Of a stretch of 64,000 nucleotides of DNA, positions 53,865 through 64,000 are shown piece after piece. The DNA comes from Vitrella brassicaformis CCMP3155 (taxonomy: Eukaryota; Protista; Chromerida). The notes beneath the pieces are model-generated. The model saw only the letters and a program-made list of their open reading frames with translations. It did not search any database and was not told where the DNA came from. The first letter of the stretch is position 1. The number at the start of each line of letters is the position of its first letter. The position numbers and the translations under genes are program-made. Location: the NCBI GenBank assembly GCA_001179505.1, contig CDMY01000357.1, positions 39,188-103,187 on the forward strand. Reading direction: 5' to 3'.

Positions 53865-56800
53865 CTAGACTCGCCTGGCTTTACCCACATTGAGGAAGAT
53901 CCGCACCCGCCCACGCCAACTCGCGGCCACGAACCCCACGTACTCGGCTGTGTACCTGACGCCAACGAGATAACGACCACACCGAGATAGCCACACTGTC
54001 CACACGTCAGTCACGTCTGATTAATGGGATCGCATCGCGTTCAAGTTGGTACCGTACTGTACATACATACCCATTGTCGGCCAAGAGGAGCGAATCATTT
54101 CTGGTGAAGGCTTGAGAGGGTGCCTTTGTGACGTGTCCTCCCTCTGGCTGTGCGTGGCTGGCTGCCCTGGAGATGCCCCCCGCGCTCCTGCCGGTGGGTA
54201 GTACCCCTCCTGGCCTGCCCCGCCACAGCTGATTGAGTGGGCCCCGCCTCCTGCTCTCCGATGTCTGCCCCAGCTGCGACGGGGGCAGTGGAGGCACGCC
54301 GCGAGCTGAATATGACACATCGCTCCGGGGGGTCGGCGGGGGGTCTTCGGCCACGCAAGGCATGGACGACTCTGGCTGTGTGGCTGATGGTGCTGCCGAG
54401 GGCGGTGGTGCAGGGACGACTGACGAGGGGGAACGGGTGGCATGCTGTGGGGGGTGGAACACCTCGTTGACCAGCAAACTGACAAACGATTGAGGGGCCA
54501 CGATACAGGCTGTCAACACCTCGTCAAAAGCTGCAATGCAAACAGACGCCACACACACACAGACACAAGATCTTGATCACAGACAGACAGACAGACGACA
54601 CAGCTCGAGGGCTCTAGTGCTCTGGGCGTCTGTCTGTCCTGTGTCTGTCGACCTCGGAAGCATTCGAAGGCGGCATTAGTGGTCTTCTTGCTGAACCCAA
54701 ACCTGTTTCATTCAACCGCAGACGAGACATGGAATCCAATTGATCCACCAGGGGGCAGGTGTGTGTGTGTGTGTCGATTGGCTGCTGTGTGAGCGACTGA
54801 CTGACTGACTTAGGATTGATGGCGGGCACTGTCGGGTTTTGTACGTCCCACAGGAAAATCAAACCGTTCTCCGAGCCACAGATGACGTGCTCCTCAGTCG
54901 GGCTGCCAGACAGACAGACAGACGGCCAACCAACCAGAACGCACGTTGGTGAGTGATTGGATGTGTGTGCGCTGCCCTTACGAGAATGCGGCGTGAAGCG
55001 AGAACTGGTCGTTGACATGTCCCTTGAACTTGGACACATCAGACAAGTCCTGAAACAAGGAGACGATAGGGTCGCAGTGAGCTCTTTGGCAGCTCATCTC
55101 AGCTGAGCTGACCGCGAGTGAGATGAGTCTGATTCTGGAGTCCGTGGTGGTGACGCAGAGCCCCGTGCTGTCCTTCTTCCACACGAGTCCGCTCACTTTC
55201 TTCCCCTTGGCGTGCTTCCCACGACGATTGCGACAGTCCTTGGCGTAGCGAAACTTGAGCGTCTGCACAGGACAGGACAGGACAGGTCAGCCACACACAA
55301 GCCAAGAAAGTGCCCAGTCCTCCCGGTGATTGAGTGAGAGTGACGGCAGTGTTTGCTCAACGTGCTGTGCTCAAGCAAGTCAGTACCCACCCACATACCT
55401 TAGCGTCGTAGAAGACCACACTGCCCTTCCGGCAGCCAACCGCCAACAAACTGCCACTGAAAAAAGAATGAAAACCAGAGCGAAGCGAGAACCTGACCTG
55501 ACAGACGCTGTGGTCTGTGGTGCCCTCCCTCTCCCCTCGCTGACTCAGTGACTCACTCACTCAGGAGAGATAGAGAGGGAGGTGACCCACTCATCCACGT
55601 TGATTCGTTCGATGATTTTGCCCTCGTAGAGCAGGTCCTTGTCCCCCCTCTCCCCTTGGCCACCGACGTTGCCGCTGCTGGGGCCCCTGCTCTTGGCCAG
55701 GGGCTGTAGGCGCCACACTTGGATGGCCGCCTCCAACGTGCTGGAAAAGACCACATCCTGCCCACACATCACATTCATGCATTCATATACACACACATAC
55801 ACAGCACATAGATAGGTCACGAGGGGTTGGGGGTGGATGATACGGAGATCCCATCCATCCATCCGTCCGTCCCAGTCTACCTTGTAGAGTGGATTGAAGG
55901 CCGCCGCAGTGGGGTAGTCGGGACACTGAAGACATGCAATGGCCCCATCTCGATCGACACGCCACAAGCGGACAGTCTTGTCCAAGCTTGTCGACAGAAG
56001 CCGCTGATTCTGCCAGCAAGAAGAGAGAGACACGCCAGGCAAAACACACAAAAATCTGTGTCCATCTCGTTGGCTGGCTGGCTGGCTACCTTACTGACTG
56101 ACTGAGTACTCTGTCTGCCCCATCCGATCCCTCCTCCCTCTGCTGTCCCTCCCACCGACCTGCGGCCTCGGGTCCCAGCACAGCATGATGATGGATGCTT
56201 TGTGCCCCCTGAGTGTCCTGGGAGGCATCTCGGCAGAGGAACCGCCGCTGCTTGACGCATCCGTGCTGTGAGTGGATAAAGCTGTGCCATCGAGCCCCCT
56301 GGGAAGCGGAACCGGAGCTGGCGCCGAGTCTGTCGTCGCCTGGTCGTCGTCGAGCGGCATCGAGTCGGAGTCACGCGACCTCGCGCGCCGGATGCTTTCC
56401 TCTTTGGGCGGTGGGGGCGGGGGCGACAGCGGCGCAGACAGGTGCTCTGAATGAGTGATCAATAACGCACACAGAGGCTGGGGTGTGTATGTACGTAGGA
56501 TGCAAGTGTGTTTGGACGTGTCGTGAGCACACCCCGCACCCACCCACCCACCCACCCACCCTTGAGGTTCCAGAGCCTGATGGCCCCATCCATCCCCCCC
56601 GCCGCCAGCCACCGGCCGTCAGGTGAGATCGCCAGAGACCACACGGGGCACTCCTCGGGCAGCTTCAGCTGACGCACCAACCATACGCTGCTCAACTCCT
56701 GAACGAATGAATAAACAACAAAATGGACCAAGGCACGACAGACGGGCGTATATATACGTCCACACTACGGGTGAAGCAAGCGTCTCGACCACCGGGCTCT

Positions 56801-58596
56801 CACCTTGAAGGGCTTGTTCGCCGTGCGCACAGGAACAAGGCGGCTACCTTCCACCTGCAGCGAGTAGAAGAACAAGTATATATAGAGTCCACACACATCA
56901 GTTAGGTGGAGGAAACACACTGCATTTGGGCATTCATTCTTCCTTGGTCACCTCCGGGTCAGGGAGCGCCCCTGCAGTCCCGTGTCGCTTCTTCCCCCGC
57001 TTCACGTCAGCTGAAGCAGCGCTCTGCACACACACACAACCGACAACACGTCGGGCAGAATTGACCAGCCGGCCACTCGTCCTTCCCTCCGCCCTTTCCC
57101 TTACGGCAGCAGGCCCCCCGGCTCCCTGCTCCTCAGCGGTTGTGGGAGTTAGGTTGATATCTGACGATGCATTGGACGTCCTCTGCTCTACCAGCATGTC
57201 GCCACTGTCCTCTGCCGGGATGCGACCGCTTGACCGGGCGGCAGGCACGCCACCGCGACCTCTGAACGGGTTGAAGCGAGATAGAAGGTTCTTGCCTCCT
57301 CGTTTGGCATCCCTTGGGTCCGTGCTGTGCCCTCCCTCAAGAGACCCGGCATCCGGGTTGGTTGACATATCTACACACAGATAGATGACGATGGCGCATC
57401 CAGCGAGCACACGAGGCATGTATGTCGTTGACTCCCGTCAGCCACCCCACCCCGCCTGCTCTCATCTTTCCTTTACCCACTTACCTACCTGAGATGGACG
57501 CCTGATCGAAGGCAACTGAAGTGGCAGTGCGGTTGAGGGTCTGGTTCATGAGCTCCGCCTGGTTCTTGCTGAAGGTGTCGAAGAGTTCATTCTGTGCCTC
57601 CAGGTACTCGAGTGAGACGACCTGCCTCCTAGCCATGCCGGTGTCGTCGAGATTGCTGAGCAGCAGTGCCGACCTGTCCTCAGACCGAGTGTCGTCATCG
57701 AGCAGAGGGCTGCCCTCGGAACCCCCGTCAGTCCCCGTCCCCTCCTTCTTGGAATCATTGTCGTCGCTGTCCGCCCCTTCCTGACCCTCTTCGTCCAGGT
57801 CACCCTCTCCTGCCTTGGCCAGGCTGGCAGCCAGCAACTCAGTCGCAGACGCTCTTCTGTCCGGCGACCGGCTCGCTGCGGGCGCCTCGTAAGCCGTCAC
57901 CATGCTGGCATTCAACGATGAGGACAGCAGCTCGAATGCCGATGATTGGGAGATGGCCGAGGCATCGTCAGCGGTGTTTTCGGCAAAAGACACCCTTCTT
58001 GGTTTGTCGGAGGTCGACGGGGAGACCGACGAAGGAGATGACTTGGAGTCCGACGTGGCATGCCACGGATGAGCACCATGGATATCGGGGCTCGAACCGT
58101 CGTCTGTGGGCGCAATGAAGGGACACCACCAGCAGACCAACACACACATGAGTCAGATGAGCGAAGGGAGGAAGGAAGGAAAGAGCCTGCCTGCCTTCAC
58201 TGAGTTGCCTAAATGAAACGCACCTCTACGCTCTCCTCCACTTGCGAGCAGCATATCAGGTGCATTGGACGAGGTCGACGTGCCTCTGGGCGACTCCTCA
58301 TCCTTGCATGGTGCAGATTCATCATCGGCCGACAGGGATTGTGAACGCCAGGCGCTCATGTGGCTGTCGCGCTGGTTCGGCACCGCACACGCCCGGAAGC
58401 GACGGATGAGATCCGACTCGGCTTCGACGACCGTTTGCTCCGCTTGAGCCCTGGCGTCATCCAGATCAACTGAATCTCGCCACTGAAGGGCAGGCATCAG
58501 GCCGAAGAGCTGCTCGTCGGTCGAATGGCGGCCGGACGATGAGTCATCCAGAGATTCGGATGAACCGCGAATAGGAAGCGCTTCTTGGTCGGACAT
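53865..58596 (-). CDS. WDR44: WD40-repeat protein, WDR44/Rab11-binding-protein-like
   Basis: VWSLAISPDGRWLAAGGMDGAIRLWNL, GHKASIIMLCW, LLSTSLDKTVRLW, CPDYPTAAAFNP, KFKGHVNDQFSLHAAFS, VICGSENGLIFLWD, C-terminal FVAASWRGRVRIFLNVGKARRV*. The N-terminus is long and acidic/Ser-rich. The WDR44 assignment is from recalled motif order. Confidence 0.8.
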
Positions 58597-58829
58597 GGTC
58601 CTCAAACCCGACTCCCGCCGCCAGTCGTGAAAACACAGTTAAGGGTTTGAAGGGTTACAGGGGGAGAGAGCTCTCCCCGATCTCTTGTCCCTTTTGTCCC
58701 TCCCTCCTTTTCTTGGCTTCCCTCCCTCCGCCATGCTGCTAATGTGAGCCTAAACCACAATCGGCCTGGAATCACTCATTGTCTTCTGTGGGTGTCATGA
58801 GCAGCTCAGGCTAAGAGGACGTGGACGAG

Positions 58830-61800
58830 ATGAGTGCTGTCGATAGCGACGTCTTCTTCTCACCGCGCGGTGGGTCGGCTGCCAGCGCACAAGCAATACA
58901 TGTGTGAGTGAGAGCGCACAAGCACACACTGCGTGGTGTGGTGTGTTTCTTAGGCGACGAGGTGAATGATTCCCGTCGCCCGATGAATGAACGACTGCTG
59001 GCTGTGTATGGTGACAAACCATGGCACCGTATGCTGCTGAAGCGGTCTCACACCATGGCTGACATAGTCTGTCAGACGTGGCTGGATCTCGAGGGCAGGC
59101 CCACCGCCCATGTGACGTACCGGCAGATGAAGCAGAGGGTCTTCGACTTGTCGGCATATTTTGTCAGTCACCTTGGGCTCCGTCGTGGGGACAGGGTCCT
59201 CCTCTGCTTCCCACCCGGTGAGTGAGGCAGTGACACACACAGACAGACAGACAGCACACACGGAGAAGAGAAGAGACCAGGACGGTCGACTGACCGACTC
59301 GCCTCGAAGGCATGGTTTGCTTGCTTGCTTGTGTGTGCGCAGGTGTCGACTTCATTATTGCATTCCTTTCTTGCATGGTTTCTGGCATAGTGGCTGTTCC
59401 GGTAAGGTCGCTGCGACGGCAACACTGCCATGCACACATATCAGGGCCCATAAGCAGACACACTGGGCGTGTAATGTTTCCAACAGGTATACCCTCCTGA
59501 CCCGCGTCGTTTGTCTATCGATGTTCCCCGTTTGTGCGAAATCGCTCACTCCTCACAAGCCACCTACACCCTCACCAACCAGTAAGTATCACACACGCTC
59601 TTCCACATGACTAGTCTATCTCTCCCTCATCGCGCGTGTCTGTCATCTGCCTGTGGTTGCCGTATCAGGATGTACAAGCGAGTGACCTTGCTGATCACCC
59701 TCCGTGCTCGGTCACTGGACAGTCGGTGGACCGCTCTGCAGTGGGTCAGCACTGACAATCTCACCAACGACGGCGCAAGTGAAGACTTCGTGCCACCAGC
59801 CATCCCTTTCGACTCAGTGGCGTTCTTACAGTTCACATCAGGTGAATGGGAGGGAGGGAGGGAGGGAGGTGCGAACGGACGGACAGGCACATGCGTGTGG
59901 CCTTGGCTCCTTCTGCTCTGCCTGTCTGTTGTAAGGTTCCACTGGCGATCCTAAGGGAGTGATGGTGACGCACGGCTGCTTGCTGCACAACATCCACGTG
60001 TGCGCAGCAGTCTTCGGCTTTAATACCTGTATCGATGCCCCCGACGCGCCCGACGAGAGCCTCACCCTACTGCCCCTGGAGTCATGGCCAGCATTCACCG
60101 AAAGGAGACATGCCCTCAGTCTCAAGACGCGAGGGCACAGACCGCGTACCTTCTCATGGTTGCCCGCGTACCATGACATGGGTAAGTACGGCCGACGTGC
60201 GTACACTGGCCTGCTCGCTCCATACATGTTGTGTCCGCACTGCAGGCCTTATCGGGTGTTCGCTCTGCCCAATGTTCTTCGGATGCGAGTCCTTCTTTGT
60301 CTCGCCTCTTGATTTCCTGAGACGGCCGAGCTTGTGGCTGGAATGCATGTCTCGCTACCACTGCAGCGCTACCGCCTCTCCTAATTTTGGCTTCGAGCTC
60401 GTCGTGAAGCAGCTCGACAGGCCTGAGATGAAGGAGATCTTCGACCAGCTCGACCTCAGCCACGTCTGCGGCTTTCTCTGCGGCGCAGAGCCAATAAGAG
60501 CCAGCACTGTCAACAAGTTTATCAAGAAATTTGAGCCAGCCGGTCTTCGTCGAAGTGCCTTCATCCCTGCATATGGCATGGTAGCATGCACAACACGAAA
60601 GGAGTCCCTCACGCACAGAGAGGCTTACCTTGCCTTTTTTGCCTTGTATAAGGCGGAGCACACGCTGCTCATAACGGGTCGCTGGGGGTATAGCTACGAC
60701 CCACTCATCGTCACGGTCGATGCAAACAAGCTGAGGACACAGGTCAACACACACACACACACACACACATACACCCTCCCACCCGCATACACACGGGCTG
60801 CCTGCCTGTTCCCCCGACCGTCCTGTCTGTTGCTTGTTTTGGTTGTGTTCTGTCACTCATGTCAGGGTGTGGTTGAGCTGGTGGATGGTGAGTGTCCCCC
60901 CTCGGTGACCCCGGCGGCGTTTGTCGGGTGCGGCTGCCCTCCCCCCATCTCGGGTGCTGACATACGAATCGTGGACCCTGAAACCCTCAGGGAGCTGCCT
61001 CCAGGCCGCATGGGTGAGATCTGGGTTCGAAGCGCAAGCACGGCCGCCGGGTACTTCAACTTACCCGAGAAGACCGAGGAGACCTTCCACGGCTGCTGTC
61101 GGTACCTCACCGGCGAGCTGTCGACGCCCAACTACCTCCGCACGGGCGACAGCGGATTCTTCCACCAGGGGGAGCTGTTCATCTCTGGCAGGATCAAAGA
61201 CATGCTCATCGTGCGCGGTCGAAACGTCTTCCCGTCGGACGTAAGCTCACATATCTGTCTATGGCTCGGCTCATGCAGGCATGCGTGGCTCGGTCTGTGT
61301 GCCGTTGACTCATATATCTCAGATCGAGGAGGTGATAGAGGATGTGCCTGGGGTGCGCAAGGGCTGCAGCGTCGCCTTCGCTTTGGATGTCGACGACACG
61401 GAGCAGCTGGCCCTGTGCGTCGAGCTCAAGCAGCCACAGGCGGCCAGCCTCCTCACCTGGCTCACTGGAGGCGGCCAAGAAGAACCCGACTATCACAGCA
61501 AGGCAAAAGAGATCGCAAAGGCTGTATCTGTTCGGATTGGCATCCCCGTCTATCGCATCTGGCTTGTCAAGCCGCGCAGCATTCTTAAGGTGAGTACGTG
61601 TGAAGACAGACAGAGGAGTGCACACGCTCCTGTCGGTCGTGTGTCGATGTACTACTCGTGTGTGTGTAGACGACCAGCGGAAAGGTGCGACGTTCGCTCA
61701 CACGTGGCGCCATCCTGGATGGCAAGCTTTCAGGCGTGCTGCACTCTGAGGTTCTCGACGGGGAAAGCGAGGCCTGCTCACGGGAGAGATTCCCGTCCTT

Positions 61801-64000
61801 TTCCACCCACCAGTCCTCCACAACAGCCAGCCCGTCCTCAAGCAAATCAAGCCTTTCGACAGCCAACACCCCTCTGTCGCTCACCCCTGCCAGGGACGCC
61901 ATCACGCAGGCACAGATCAAGACTGTGGAAGGAGCCATATTTGAGAGCGCGAGGACCGTCTTCGGCGTCACGGAAGGGCTTGACTTGCATGCACCCATAC
62001 AGGTAAAGCGATCGACACAGATGACACCTGTGCATCATGTGTTGACAAACGTATGTACGTATGTATGTGTTGCGACGCCAAATTGAACAATGCCTTGCAG
62101 GAATTGGGGGTGAGTAGTCTAAAGGCGGTGCAATTCGCTGAGGCGCTTTCGAAGGCACTCGGGCAGAACATCGACGTCACATTATTGTTCAGCTTTGAAA
62201 CACTCCAGCAAGGTGAGAAACGCTCACAGACGCATGACTGTCTTGTGCCTCAAGCGTACGCCCCTCTTTCTTGTCTCGTCTTGTGCCTGTTTCGTTTAGT
62301 GGTTGCCTTCCTTGTTCAGGAGATGAATGGCGGTGAGTCCCAGTGTGTCTCCCCAACACCCTCCACCGAAATGTCGGACAGGGCCGCGCAGGTCGCCATC
62401 GTTGGTGCAGCGTGCCGCCTGCCGGGAGGCATTTCATCCATGGCTCAGCTGTGGAATGCACTCAGCAGCGGCATGGACGGCATCGACGAGATCCCCCAGA
62501 CAAGATGGGACGTCGATCAGTTCTACGACAACAATCCAGAGGCGGATGGACGCATGTATGTGCGGCAGGGCGGCTTCATCAAGGATGCAGAGATGTTCGA
62601 CAACGGATTCTTCCGTGTGTCGGACGTGGAGGCCAAGTCCATGGACCCGCAGCAGCGCATCTTGCTCAAGGTGTGTTACGAGTCGCTCAACTCTTCTGGA
62701 CTCGACAAGAAGGCCCTCATGCAGAAGCCCGTCGGTGTCTTCGTCGGCTGCTGCTCATTCGAATGGTCGTCCATCCAGACCAAGCTGGGTGCTGGTGCCG
62801 TCAGCTCGTACACGGCCACCAGTGCAGCGCCGTCCATCCTCGCCAACCGCATCAGCTACATCCTCGGCATCCACGGCCCCTCCCTGACTGTTGATACGGC
62901 CTGCTCATCTTCCCTCGTCGCCATCGATTCGGCTTCCATGGCGCTCCGCAAGGACGCTGATGGCTGCAGGACCGCCGTGGCTGGAGGGATAAACATGATG
63001 CTCAGCCCACACACGACAATCGCCCTCTGCAAGGCCCACTTCATGGCACCAGACGCCAGATGCAAGACGTTCGACGCATCGGCCGACGGATACGTCCGCG
63101 GCGAGGGGGCGGGAGCGATCGTGCTGAAGCGCCTTGACGACGTGGTTGCTGAGAGCCGAAGCAATCAGGTGCTAGCGATGTTGCGGGGCGCGTCTGTCAA
63201 CCACGGTGGCCGTGCGGTTGCTCTGACAGCGCCCAGTGGCATCTCCCAGCAGAATGTGATAAAGGGAGCCCTGCGGAGTGCAGGGCTGAAGCCCAATGAC
63301 ATATGCTACATCGAGGCGCACGGCACCGGCACCGCCCTCGGGGATCCCATCGAGGTCGCGGCGCTCAAGGCCGTCTTCGCCAAGAGCCGTCGTGAGGTTG
63401 ATGGGTCACCACTGCCGATCGGAGCCATCAAGACCAACATTGGGCATCTGGAGGGAGCAGCAGGTAGGAATGATGGACGGCAACGGTCGTCATTCGCGTT
63501 CTTGACACTTGGTCTCTGATGCGCTTGTCTAATCTCTCAGGGATTGCAGGTGTGTTGAAGACCATCTGCTGCCTCCAGGTGCAGCGTGTGCCGTCCAACC
63601 TGCACCTGAGGACACTGAACCCTAACATCAACATTGAGAACTTCCCCGTCGTCTTCCCGTCTGGTGGTGATGGCTTCCAGCTCACTCCCAACAACGGCGG
63701 TGGGCTCGTGGCAGGCGTCAGCTCCTTCGGCTTCGGGGGCACCAACGCACACGTCATCCTCTCCCTAGTGTCCGTGCAACCTGATGGACAGGCGGCAAGA
63801 GGCAACGCAGTGCTGCAGGATGACGCCAGCCTCATGTGGGATCGTCGGAGCTTCCCGTGGACAACCAAGGGGCACTCATTGCTGGGGCCCGCCACATTTT
63901 CTGACCATCACCACTACGAGGCACGTTACGAGGCGACGTTTGAGCGTCGCGTCCGTCGGGACGTGTTGCGTATGCTGAAGGACCATGTGGTGTCTGGCGT
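58830..64000 (+). CDS. Type I PKS/FAS megasynthase, 5' part: FAAL - ACP - KS - DH (no AT); runs off the right edge
   Basis: FAAL: AFLQFTSG|STGDPKGV, SWLPAYHDMG|LIG, GAEPIR, PAYGM|AE, YLRTGD, GRIKDMLIVRGRN, TTSGK. ACP: ELGVSSL. KS: DPQQR, DTACSSS, EAHGTGT, KTNIGHLEGAA|G, SSFGFGGTNAHVIL. Then WDRRSFPW...HSLLG...LKDHVVSG (DH). Confidence 0.95.

Overview
Gene-dense, intron-rich, GC-rich eukaryotic genomic DNA. The introns are short and full of CA/GT, GGAT, GACA, GGGA and GTAC microsatellites. This style, the aldolase C-terminus and the plastid-like presequences suggest a chromerid alveolate such as Vitrella brassicaformis (inference, not verified). About 21 spliced protein-coding genes can be reconstructed by hand: cathepsin Z/X, IMP3, three RING E3 candidates, an RH47-like DEAD-box helicase, thiolase, a 4-TM SHP-box protein, class I aldolase, PPCS, a class I cyclic-nucleotide phosphodiesterase, CK2 beta, BolA, a WDR44-like protein, several hypotheticals and the 5' part of a type I PKS. 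The PKS reads FAAL-ACP-KS-DH with no AT domain between KS and DH. Eighteen of the 21 genes form nine head-to-head pairs, and most of these short divergent intergenic regions carry an AGCTCGCA motif. There are two 300-N assembly gaps. I recognised no rRNA, tRNA, CRISPR array or transposon ORF. All exon structures are manual reconstructions without transcript evidence.
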